NCBI GenBank assembly: GCA_040954595.2
Contig: CM082578.2
Location: 16,166,998 to 16,230,997 of the forward strand
Direction: 5' to 3'
Source of the DNA: Balanoglossus misakiensis
Lineage: Eukaryota; Animalia; Hemichordata
DNA: 64,000 nucleotides
Shown here: in pieces, positions 31,769-44,700 of the stretch
Numbering within the stretch: position 1 is the stretch's first letter
How the letters are laid out: each line of letters starts with the position of its first letter
Program-made: the position numbers and the translations under genes
Notes under the pieces: generated by a model
Database searches by the model: none
The model's input: only the letters and a program-made list of their open reading frames with translations
What the model was told of the DNA's origin: nothing

Positions 31769-31955
31769 TGACGTCATATCGAATATGGCGGACGATAGAC
31801 CCTGGCCTAGGCCCATCCAGTGCCTGATGACCTTCTTCTAAAAGAAACCTATCTATCGATCTAGGGTGTGCAAGAGTGGACTGGACACAACAAGTTGTTA
31901 CATCACTGAAATATCCATATTACCAATCCATTTGACTTCTTAGACAGATTTAACG
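31769..31955 (+). promoter_or_regulatory. ARIH2 promoter and non-coding first exon with uORF
   Basis: Palindromic CRE TGACGTCA at 31769-31776 and YY1-like aatATGGCGG at ~31782. uORF 31785-31841 (MADDRPWPRPIQCLMTFF*). Donor cg|gtaagg at 31955/31956. Confidence 0.6.
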
Positions 31956-32416
31956 GTAAGGAACCCACTGGTTATACTCGTCACCTTCCCATAACAATTT
32001 TTAACATGGCTGGCATAACAACATCGAGTTGTATTGTAAATCATATGCAAGTTCCTGTAGCCAGTAGCCCATTTGCAGCTAACGGGAAGTCATACAAACG
32101 TAAATATCACCCCTTCTGCTTCTGGGGCATTCCTCCTTTCAATTGAACCATTAACAATGTCAAAAATCAGATACGTTTAACTAACTATTTGTTAGTGATT
32201 GGTATTTGTATGCTCTGTTATTGTTAACATTGCTCCATGCATCGTTTGAGAAAGATCCCTTCGTGCTACCTTCCCATACTATTGTGCAGCGTTTTTCAAA
32301 ACAAAAAATAATACAGAAAGTAGGGTGAATGTTAAAACCATACTAAATATATGGTTGTTCTCAATTGTCTGCCAAACTTACTATTAACTATCTATTTAGG
32401 ATGATAAGTAATTAAA

Positions 32417-32446
32417 TTTTCAGTGGCAAATCTTTGCCACTGAAAA
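32417..32446. repeat. Perfect 14-bp inverted repeat with a 2-nt spacer
   Basis: ttttcagtggcaaa-tc-tttgccactgaaaa. Confidence 0.9.
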
Positions 32447-32653
32447 AAGTATGTTTATCCCTGTACATTTTCAGGGCCATTTTGCATACATCTCCTGACT
32501 AACTTTATTCCAACATGATATCCTTGAACAGTGTTTTCTGAAATATACTCGCCATGCAGAGATATGTCATTGACAACGACTTTTTTTTATAAACAGAGTG
32601 TGAAACTTGATCTGAGTACTTTGAAGAGATATCCCCAGAGCAACATTTCCACC

Positions 32654-35600
32654 ATGTCAGTCGACATGCATAGTCAAGGATCTGATGACAGTGATTGTGC
32701 TGATGATAATAACAGTGACTATGGTGACGACATAGAGGATGATATGTATGACTACTATGAAAATGATGATCATGAAGATGGAGACAAACCTCATGATAAG
32801 AGGGATGATCCTGAGCATTTTGAATTTCAGTGCTTTAACGAGCAGGAAGTTGAGAAGTACATGTATGAACAGGTTGACAAAACCGCGAAGGCTTTGAAGG
32901 TAAGCGCTTGCTCTTTGCTCTTTATAAATACTGTCGCAGGAAAATTTGGTATAGTGTGACTTGTTGGTACATGTTTCATTAAAAGCATATCATGTCTGTT
33001 TTTCTTTGTTAAAAAAGGTATCGCCAACAAGTGCTAAGGTGCTTTTGAAAATGCATAATTGGGTGCTAGCTGATCTCTTACAAAGGTAAATAATCCCACA
33101 GTCTTCATATTTATTGAATAATTTTCCTGTATTCCATATATCAATAAAGCATTTTCTTCAAGAAGTTTGTGGTGTATACACCCTGATTAAGTGAATATTT
33201 TGTATTTTTTTCTGAACAGAAATTCAGAAGACAAAACCAATCTCCTTGTGGAGTCTCACATCATACCCCCACCATGTGCAAAAAAATCCAAAGTAAGTCA
33301 ACTTCTTGCGTTCCACGCAGTAATGTAGTCATTCGTCAGCAATATGTTGTGTTTTTTTCTGTGTGACTGTCTTGAGTCGGAGTGTCCATCAAAAGATCTT
33401 CAGTCCCTTGGACTGAGAGGCCCATGCAATTATGCAAGTGTCTCTCACATGTTATTTCTGGCTTAACATTTAAAAATTCCTCTTTTTTGATTTTTACACA
33501 GCCCAACTCTCCTCCAAAGAATCAGCAATGCCCGGTGTGTTTACAGAGATGCAGTCTGGATAGACTAAAAGCATTGTCATGTGGACATTACTTCTGTAAA
33601 GATTGTTGGGCTATGCATTTTTCTGTCCTTGTCAAAGATGGTGTTTCTACAGGTTAGTACCAGAGAGCTGATTGAAAACTTTCACAAATAAAAGTCAGGG
33701 GGATTGATGACTTGGGCTCCAGCTCCCTTTCTTTGAGACTTGGTGTATTGAAGAGAGTGAGAAAGCGCATTTAGTATGTAATGTCATGGCAAAGTCTGGC
33801 AAGGTGGTAACATCTGAGACTTCCACTTCATTGCAGGTATTCAATGCATGGCAAACAATTGCAATATAGTAGCCCTTGAAGATTTTGTCTCACCACTACT
33901 AGTTCAAGAGGATATCATAAAGAAATTCAAGTATTTTACATTCAAGGATCATATACAGGTTGGTTCTAGTGTGACAAGTTGTACTTCAAGTACATCTGAA
34001 TGCTTTGTAGAAGGAATCCTGTGTGCATGATATCGCAAGAACATCTGAATATGGTATAGTCCAGTCACCTTTGGTATTCATTTATATTTGTGTCCACTAC
34101 TTCGTTGTAGTCTACAGATAATATTTTGATTATACTAACAGAGTCACTACAATTTGTGCTTTTGTCCTGGGCGTGACTGTGAGATAGTGATCAGAGCAGA
34201 ACACCCAGCAGCGAAGAGAGTTACCTGCAGCAAGTGCAATATCTCCTTCTGGTAAGTTCAAGGCATGTTTCATACTCCTCTGCTATGTAACAGTGAATGA
34301 TGTACTAATATTCTGGGGTCTGGCCTTTCATAACATCTCAGTAATTTTTTTGTCCAGTTTCAGATGCGGTAATTGTTATCATGCTCCCACAGACTGTGAT
34401 ACCATCAAGCTGTGGTTGACCAAATGCAGAGATGATTCAGAAACAGCAAATTACATCAGTGCGCATACCAAAGATGTAAGTCAGTACAATTTACTGTTTG
34501 AAGTCATGTCTATAACATTGTGTATTATTCACAGAATTTGGACATGGATTTCAAGGTTGTTGTGGTGGATCAAATAATGAAATTCCTTTCGCTGTATCCT
34601 TCATTTCAGTGTCCCAAATGCAGTGTGTGTATAGAGAAGAATGGTGGCTGTAATCATATGGTAAGGCTGGAATTAATCATAAAAATCATTGCTTTAAATT
34701 TCCAGACAGTACATGCAAGTTTCATTTATCTATATTTTTTTTCTCTCCAAATATCAGTAAGATTTGCAAAACATGACGTTATCATATGCCGGTTTCTTAA
34801 TTACTCATGGTATTTTCTGATTTGCTTTCAGCAATGCTTCAAGTGCAAACATGACTTCTGTTGGATGTGCTTAGGAGGTAACTACTATTTATTACAAATA
34901 AACACCTTGGCATGTGCCATATATGAGAGAGAATTAAGGGTAATCATGCATTGAAGGAAATTCAAAATTCAGGTTGTTGCTGCTCATATAATTCAATGTA
35001 ATGTCATTGATGCTATTTTAATCTAATGTACTCATACTGCCCATTTATGTACTCATATCAAGATATGAATCCCTTTCCCCAAGTTTTACTTACATTTGAC
35101 ATTTGTATTAATGCAGATCTTCAATAATTTGTATCCATTTCAGACTGGAGAAACCATGGCAGCGAATACTATGAATGCAGTCGTTACAAAGAAAACCCTA
35201 ACATTGCGAATGAATCGGTTCATGTACAGGCAAGGGAAGCCTTGAAGAAATACCTCTTTTATTTTGAAAGGGTAAGGTCAGACATTGCATTTTGTCAGTA
35301 GAAGGATAAAAAGAGTACCGTTAGACTTTATTTAGGCATCCTTGCCACATGATAAAAATTGCATCAGATGTCAGGGTAGTTTTCACTTACATGACATATG
35401 ACCATCACCTATGCTTACTAAATATGACATGACCCTCCCCATGTTGGTCCACACACCCCCTGGTTAAAATTGTAAAGTCCTCTACTTCTTATTGATGAAT
35501 TATATCTTGTACATTATAACTGTGAATCTGTAACATTGACTTTCCTAATCTTTCCTTCAGTGGGAGAATCACTCCAAGAGTTTAAGATTAGAGCAGGAGA

Positions 35601-36322
35601 CGGTGAGGAAAATCAACCAGAGAATAGAGGAAAAAGTGATGAACAGTGCGGGAACATGGATTGATTGGCAATATTTACTTGATGCCGCTGTTTTACTGGC
35701 AAAAGTAAGTCCTCAACAACTATTTGCTTCATTACACCAGAAAAATCAAATGGGGCGGGGTCTTTGTCTGAGCAGGGGCTCTTATAAGGAGAAATACGGA
35801 ATATATGTTTATTCTTGTAATGTTATCATTTTCTACCAGGTTCATTCAGGTAATCGAGCCAGATTTATTCTTTCTTTACAGTGTCGCTACTCGTTGCAAT
35901 ATACTTATCCATATGCATACTACATGGACGCTGGTTCTAGGAAGAAACTCTTTGAATACCAACAAGCTCAACTCGAAGCAGAGATAGAAAACCTCTCCTG
36001 GAAGATAGAGAGAGCAGAGACTACGGACAGAGGGGTGAGTGCTTGAAATCATAGGTGACTGTTTCATGCCTATTCCCAGAGTGTGAACTCCAGGCACTGG
36101 GAAATGGTTGGCTGAAGGAAAATGTCTTTGAGGTATTTTGTCGCAGTATGATTAAGACTATAGTCTGTATTGTAAATGAGTTTACACCATTCTAGTGTAG
36201 CACTAACACTGCATTCCTTTTGATTCAAAACTTTCCGTTCACATCATCAGGATCTTGAAAACCAGATGGATATTGCTGAGAAGAGACGGCAGACTCTACT
36301 CAAAGACTTCCTGGTAGCTTGA
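32654..36322 (+). CDS. ARIH2: E3 ubiquitin-protein ligase ARIH2 (Ariadne-2/TRIAD1, RBR family), multi-exon
   Basis: [11 protein letters not shown] acidic N-terminus. RING1 CPVC...[45 protein letters not shown] (RING2), then GTWIDWQYL and [23 protein letters not shown]. Ends [23 protein letters not shown]. Confidence 0.97.
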
Positions 36323-36977
36323 TCACGACTATCTTCAGATTTGAGAAAACAGTCGGGTGAAGAGGATATTTAACATTAGACTACAGCACAGGCCTTTGAA
36401 TTTTAATATATGCTTTAACAGAGGCCATTGACAAAGTATTTCACAGTGACTATCTGTTTTTGTTAAAGGACAGTAACCCAGTAAACGTTACTGGGGTTCC
36501 CCCATCAGTTTACCTGGAGTTCCCTTTGATATATCAAGTCATTTTTATGAATGAGTACCGTACTGACATGTTACCAGGGTTCCAGTATCATTTACCAGTT
36601 GTTCCCCAACCTCAGCAAAAATGCCAACTATATGATGCAGGTTCAACCGTGAAATTCAGGAATTATATGGTTGACCAGCATTCCTGTGGTATATGCATGC
36701 TTTGATGGTCAAAATGATCTACTTGTATCTGTTCTATAGTTTTTATGAAGTGTACATAAAACTTTCACACAAATGTACCAGAAATTTATCATTCATCAGG
36801 CTAGAAAAGATGGATATAGTAGGAAAAAGACATTTTCTGAAACATATAGCGTATGTACATCATGCCTTCTGGATGATAATACATTTTGCTCTCACATGCC
36901 TGCACATGTCCCCCTCCAGTACTTGGCAGTAAGGTTCTTGAAGTGAAGTATTTGATACATATTTTACATAGCGATAG

Positions 36978-37089
36978 TTTATAAGCTCCAATTTGGCAGA
37001 TATATACCAATTGGAACTTATGGCATCAGTTGTCTGTCTGTCTGTATGTGTGTGCCCTGTCATGTATGCATAGATGCATGCATGCCCAC

Positions 37090-37123
<34 letters not shown>

Positions 37124-37740
37124 ATGTATGTATGTATGTATGTATGTATGTATGTATGTATGTATGTATGTATGTATGTCCATATGTCCATCTTATCTAC
37201 TGCAAAAACCTGAGAACTGCTTTAGTTATCACCATGGTATTTGTTCAGTACCGTAATTGCATGCTTGACTGTAGATTGGATTTTGTGTGAGGCAACTACC
37301 AAAAATATGCAAGCATAAACTAAAAAAAAATGAAAATTTTCAAAACTAAAGAAGTACCTGTCACATTGCTTCATAAATTGGTTTGTTAGGTACCTTTGAA
37401 TTTTGTGTTTTCAGTGAATTTTTGCTCATACCAATTGCAGGCTTCTGGGGATTTTCTTACTACGCATTTCAAAATTGTAGTGAAAATATTTTATTTCTAG
37501 GCCAATTTTGTCTCTTTTGTTCAACAACTCTATTTCTTGGAAACCACTTGTTCAGTTGTTTTTGAAAATTGGTGTGTGTAAGAATTATGACAGAAATTTT
37601 TTACTTGTTTGCATTTTTGTCATTTTAATCAAACTGACTTTTTCAGACACTGCTTGTCTGATTGCTTTGCAATTCATATGTGTAAAATATGTGCATCATT
37701 TCTTACACTTATTCAGATGATTTTGTGCAGTGTCTTCACA
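36978..37740 (+). mobile_element. Putative non-autonomous Helentron/DINE-like element with internal microsatellite (3' end uncertain)
   Basis: Starts after a T run with the inverted pair ataagctccaatt (36981-36993) / aattggaacttat (37009-37021). This is followed by (gtct)n, (tg)n and a long (tatg)n run to ~37178. Confidence 0.45.
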
Positions 37741-38792
37741 AATCTGGATGTAAAAGAATTGCCAAGTGTTTAAACAGTTTTAATGATCTAGTACCATATT
37801 TAATTACATCCACCAGATGACTGCGAATTAAAGGAACAGGACAAAGTTTGCACTTCAAGTCATTTATGTTCCTCGAGACATTTTTGCAATGAGAAAAATG
37901 CATTGTATATTAGGCTCTGTGACAAAAGGGGTAATTTCACATTTGAAATCATGAACTTTCACTTGTTATATTTCATCCGGTCCATCTTATAAGAGCTTGT
38001 GACTTGTATTCATGAAGACTTTTTAGTGAGACATGGCTTAAAGCTAGCAAGAAATGGCTTCTCAGAAAGTAGATTACTTAGATCATTTAAGAATTCTTTT
38101 GGTAGATCATAGGGAGATGTTGCGTCTAAATATGACATATCTGTCACTCATGATTTATATGCAACAGCATTCTTGGCTTTGATTAACATCATTAATTTGG
38201 TGTCTTCGCCAAATTACACAAAATTGCTCTCCAGCATTGTCTTGTTTTTGCTTTTTGAAAAAAAACTGTGAAAAAAAAACCTTTTCTCTCAGAAGCCAGT
38301 ATTTCACTTTCCTTCACATTTCTGTAGCTGGTCTCGAATGATGTTTCTATTCGGTCATCTTCAAATCATGACAAAATTAACAAGCTCAAGTCTTTTTGTG
38401 TTTTGTAAAACAAGAGTGATCTCTTTAAAATGGGATGAAATTAGAAAGTTCATTGTTAATCTTCTCTGAAACTTTGATATATTACAGATGTTTTCATCCA
38501 CATTGGTTCCATGTGGGACAAACTCTGCACTATTATATTTTACAGAACACTATTTTTACGTTTTGTTTTGTTTTGTTTTGTTTTGTTTGCGAGTTACTGG
38601 TGATGTATCTAATAAGTTATCTTCATATCATGACAACATTAAAGAGATTGTATTAATAATGATATTTTTTTGTTTGTGGTAATATTTGTATTTTGGTGAT
38701 ATCTGTGTTCGTAGGAGTGCTTATTTGCCAATTTTAAATCTGAAATGACAAATCCATCGATTTCCGATCAAAAATCCAAGAAGTGGCGTAGA

Positions 38793-41700
38793 TCAACAAC
38801 TGGAACACTGCCATGTTGATTTGTCTGTGGGTATGTTTACTGGATCGTCTAAAAAAACAGGAAAGAAAAAATAGTCACCGGGATGTACACTTTGCATTTT
38901 AATGAAGTCTGTGATTCTTTGAGTGCTATCTTTGACCAATGGAAGAAATCAGGGGTTCTGCTTTTGAGGGACGTGTTCGTTTATGGGCGTTTATGTGAGA
39001 CTTTAAGACTCACCTGCTGGAATATAGGCGTCATTGTGATAGGATTCATGGGTGGCAGCTTCATCCCAAACCTCTTGGAGAACACTGTACCAAGTCTTTC
39101 CATCTTCGCTGACGATATAGGATGTCATGTCGTTTGCTATCCCATAATATTCAGAAGAGTCAGAATTCCAGCCAATGACATTTGACACCAGTGGGCTGAT
39201 GGCTGGGTTTGAAAATAAACAGGAAAATTACAGATTGCTTATTTGATTGGCTAGTTGTTTACAAGTATTGATGGATGGATGGATCAGTCAGTTGGTGAAG
39301 AGGTTATAATCACACACTTACCATGTATGCTGCCATTTGTCTGTACATAAGAACATGCCCCATAAATTCTGCAAGAAACAATTTAGTTTAGTTTTAAATG
39401 CCAGGGCCTCAGCCCATCACATAGAAAAAACTTGTTTACAGTGATAAACAATACAATAGTCAAAAAGGACAAATTCGGTTAAAACAGTGAGTGCAAAATT
39501 GACAGACTTGCGAATACAACACCCTGCAATTTCACATGCATGTATTCAAACAAATCAAACTGACATCTTACCCTGGTATGATGTTGTCACACACAATGAA
39601 CCATGGTTCTTCTGGGCCGCTACCACTGGACATATAGAGTCTGGGTTGATAGTCTGTGAGGTTGGATGAGTAAAGGTTAGTGAACTGATGGAAATTCACA
39701 CTCAACCGGTTTATAGTTTGATTGTGTAATTAAATACCAAATACATTTCAATATTGGTATAAAAAATATAAATGTTTCTGTCAACGAAACAAACATCTAT
39801 CTCGGAAATAACACTTTACAACTTACCAATAACCTTGTCACCTTGTGGGAGAGTATTTTGTGGTATGGCTTTCACTGAATTGGTGTCTGCGAGTGTAAAA
39901 AATATAATCAGATTCATAGCTATTTGCCGCACTTTGTACAATCTAGGATAAAATAGTAGTCCATGATGAAATCAATCAAAATATGGTCTGGTGATATGTC
40001 CAGTTTGAATCCTTTTCTTGGATCCTTATGAGAGTCTATATAACTCATATATCTAGAATTATAATTCAACATGTAGAGTAACTTGCTAACGTTTTGATCT
40101 TTTGAAAACCAATTACTTCTAAGAACCATCCTCACCTGGTTTTTCACAAATGTAATGTTTGCTGGCATCACACAATTCGGTTGTCCAGTTGCCCTGGTCG
40201 GTGAGGGCGCACTTCAATTCTCCACCACTCTCTGCACGTGGTTCGCCCAGTGCCCAGTTGTTGTATAGAAGGTACGAGTTGTCCGGCCAGCGATACACTT
40301 GATTCCCTGCGCTGTCTGACCACTCAGAGGCTCCGATCCAAAGTTCCTCGTTGATGCTTTCCGAAACTGAACCCACGAGCTCGTTGTCATCTGAGCTGTC
40401 GATGATGACGAGGTGCCCACCATCAGCTGAACAAACGTCGACGGCTTCTCGCCATGTGCTTGTAGTGCTTGATGTGGTGTAACAACTACTTCCGTGCCAA
40501 GACTGGCCAGTTTTGCATGCTAGTTCGTTTAAAAGGAAGAAAATAAAACTCTAAACAATATTGCTGCGGTTTATAAAAGTGGAAGTCGATGATGTCATCT
40601 TCAATCAATATTTTTCATAATTCCGACATTACGAGGTACAGCAGTTGTTGCATATCCTTTCTTTTTTCCTTTTTAATTTGAAATTTCAATTGATTTTATG
40701 CGACTACGTCAGTTTCCTTCGATTGGCAATTGGCATTTTACTTTTGCTTGAAAGCCACGTGTATGAATGTAGTCTCCAACTTTCCCAACGACGACAAACT
40801 AATGTTATCGCATGATGAAAGGTGTCAATTTATAGTTTGTAAACATGAAGTACAACTTTTTAGTCATCTTACCTGGTATACTGTATGTAAATGTCACCAC
40901 TTTCATATCGTTTAGCTGGGATAGAAAAGTTGTAGATGTTCGCGTAGCCTTGTACAACGCCTCAAATACTCCCACGTATGCGTGCGTTCCTGAACTCTGG
41001 GCTTCGTTTGGATCAATCGCAAAATTGACGATGATGGACAACACTTCGGAAAACTTGACGGTTTCGACCTGGGCAGAAAAAGATGAAATCACATACCGAT
41101 GTAATTTGTTAACATGTTGATCTTTTGAAAAACAGGTACATAATGATGAAATGATCTTGTATATAAAATATGTTAATATATCCATCTATCTGAACCCCCT
41201 ACTCCCAGAAACGCTTACCCTGATTCTGGTAATATCACCAGATACATCTGCAAATGGCACTGACTGAATGGTGTCACTATCCCACGTGAAACCTGCATAA
41301 ATGACTGACGGTGTCGACATGATATTGATGATGACGTCATGGGAGTAGGCTCCTGATGCAAGTTCGTGTTGTAAGGTGAGATGTATGCTTACACTGTCGC
41401 TAAATTAAAATGTGGAAAAAAACATTTTCTCATAAAAAATATACAGATTTACCGCATCTTCAAGTACTGAAGGATCTTCATACTTCATGGTAATAATAGT
41501 TTTCAGGATAAAGAATTTAGCAGAACTGATTTTAAAGTGCATTACTCTTTTTAAAAGTCGGTTATCCTTGCTCTTTCGGAATTTATAAATTGCGTATTTC
41601 ATGAATAAGGCATATTAAAGTTAATTGCTTCATACCCACGATTATATGTGATGTCAGAATCATTTAGCAAGCTAGCATTGAATGTTACACTTGGTGCTCG

Positions 41701-44700
41701 GTCATCGTCCACTAGGGCGAACAGCGAGACTTGTGAAGCCAATATGTAGCTGTCAAGGAGGACGCCAGCTTCAAATAGAAATTCAGAGCCGTTAGTGAGG
41801 GCGATGTGGTCCTCCACTCGAAACCGAATCCGGAAGGTGATCTTATTGTCGTCACTGCTGACATTGCCACCAACAACCGTGATGTGTTCGGGGAAGTTGA
41901 CGACAGCATGGTCGATTTCAGGACCAGACGTTGTCGCTGTGTAGTTAACAACCTCAGAAAGTAAACTACTGCAAGCTACGACGTCAGTGATTGCGGTATC
42001 CAGCGGACACGGGAGATTCTGACCGATAAAGGCAATTGAGATATCCGTTATAGGCGCAACAACACCACCGTCTACTACCGGCGCGTCTATCTCCATGCTC
42101 CATGGTTGAACGAATGCCCTGGGGAAGGCTATGGTGAAGTCCAGGTGTTCCGTTTCGCCTATGTGAGCGTAGGCAGCGCCATCAATGGTATTTTGATGAG
42201 TTGCGCGCAGATCGAAGGACACTGAGGCAATGGAAACCGGAGGCGATTGGTATGATATAACTGGAATAAAGGGTTGACCGGATCCACCTTTTGTCTGAAT
42301 TGTCAGCTCAATATATAATTCCTGTCCAGAAGAGACCGTGTCTACAAAAGATAATATGGGGAAAATTATAGCTTTGTTGTAGAGAAAATAAAAATGTTTC
42401 ATCTCAATACATTAAAACCATAGTGTTGCGTCATAGATTTCTCAGAAAATGCCAAAATGGCCAAAATTCACAAAGTCAAGAATTTTTCGACTTTGCGGAA
42501 TTTCAAAATTTCGTCGATTTTTGAAAAAATCATGGGTTATAGCTCATGAAAATCATCAGAAAATGACAATTTTTCGACTTTGCGGAATTTCAAAATTTCG
42601 TCGATTTTTGAAAAAATCATGGGTTATAGCTCATGAAAATCATCAGAAAATGACAATTTTTCGACTTTGCGGAATTTCAAAATTTCGTCGATTTTTGAAA
42701 AAATCATGGGTTATAGCTCATGAAAATCATCAGAAAATGACAATTTTTCGACTTTGCGGAATTTCAAAATTTCGTCGATTTTTGAAAAAACCATGGGTTA
42801 TAGCTCATGAAAATCATCAGAAAATGACAATTTTTCGACTTTGCGGAATTTCAAAATTTCGTCGATTTTTGAAAAAACCATGGGTTATAGCTCATGAAAA
42901 TCATCAGAAAATGACAATTTTTCGACTTTGCGGAATTTCAAAATTTCGTCGATTTTTGAAAAAACCATGGGTTATAGCTCATGAAAATCATCAGAAAATG
43001 ACAATTTTTCGACTTTGCGGAATTTCAAAATTTCGTCGATTTTTGAAAAAACCATGGGTTATAGCTCATGAAAATCATCAGAAAATGACAATTTTTCGAC
43101 TTTGTGGAATTTGAAAATTTCGTCGATTTTTGAAAAAATCATGGGTTATAGCTCATGAAAATCATCAGAAAATGACAATTTTTCGACTTTGCGGAATTTC
43201 AAAATTTCGTCGATTTTTGAAAAAATCATGGGTTATAGCTCATGAAAATCATCAGAAAATGACAATTTTTCGACTTTGCGGAATTTCAAAATTTCGTCGA
43301 TTTTTGAAAAAATCATGGGTTATAGCTCATGAAAATCATCAGAAAATGACAATTTTTCGACTTTGCGGAATTTCAAAATTTCGTCGATTTTTGAAAAAAC
43401 CATGGGTTATAGCTCATGAAAATCATCAGAAAATGACAATTTTTCGACTTTGCGGAATTTCAAAATTTCGTCGATTTTTGAAAAAATCATGGGTTATAGC
43501 TCATGAAAATCATCAGAAAATGACAATTTTTCGACTTTGCGGAATTTCAAAATTTCGTCGATTTTTGAAAAAATCATGGGTTATAGCTCATGAAAATCAT
43601 CAGAAAATGACAATTTTTCGACTTTGCGGAATTTCAACATTTCGTCGATTTTTGAAAAAATCATGGGTTATAGCTCATGAAAATCATCAGAAAATGACAA
43701 TTTTTCGACTTTGCGGAATTTCAAAATTTCGTCGATTTTTGAAAAAACCATGGGTTATAGCTCATGAAAATCATCAGAAAATGACAATTTTTCGACTTTG
43801 CGGAATTTCAAAATTTCGTCGATTTTTGAAAAAACCATGGGTTATAGCTCATGAAAATCATCAGAAAATGACAATTTTTCGACTTTGCGGAATTTCAAAA
43901 TTTCGTCGATTTTTGAAAAAACCATGGGTTATAGCTCATGAAAATCATCAGAAAATGACAATTTTTCGACTTTGCGGAATTTCAAAATTTCGTCGATTTT
44001 TGAAAAAATCATGGGTTATAGCTCATGAAAATCATCAGAAAATGACAATTTTTCGACTTTGCGGAATTTCAAAATTTCGTCGATTTTTGAAAAAACCATG
44101 GGTTATAGCTCATGAAAATCATCAGAAAATGACAATTTTTCGACTTTGCGGAATTTCAAAATTTCGTCGATTTTTGAAAAAACCATGGGTTATAGCTCAT
44201 GAAAATCATCAGAAAATGACAATTTTTCGACTTTGCGGAATTTCAAAATTTCGTCGATTTTTGAAAAAACCATGGGTTATAGCTCATGAAAATCATCAGA
44301 AAATGACAATTTTTCGACTTTGCGGAATTTCAAAATTTCGTCGATTTTTGAAAAAACCATGGGTTATAGCTCATGAAAATCATCAGAAAATGACAATTTT
44401 TCGACTTTGCGGAATTTCAAAATTTCGTCGATTTTTGAAAAAACCATGGGTTATAGCTCATGAAAATCATCAGAAAATGACAATTTTTCGACTTTGCGGA
44501 ATTTCAAAATTTCGTCGATTTTTGAAAAAATCATGGGTTATAGCTCATGAAAATCATCAGAAAATGACAATTTTTCGACTTTGCGGAATTTCAAAATTTC
44601 GTCGATTTTTGAAAAAACCATGGGTTATAGCTCATGAAAATCATCAGAAAATGACAATTTTTCGACTTTGCGGAATTTCAAAATTTCGTCGATTTTTGAA

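Noticed and set aside
34593-34602. U12-type donor-like gtatcctt in ARIH2
   Set aside because: It lies in the pyrimidine tract just before an acceptor, and the exon chain is complete with ordinary GT-AG introns.
36860-37290. ORFs with CMYV / HTYI repeats
   Set aside because: Translations of the (tatg)n microsatellite.
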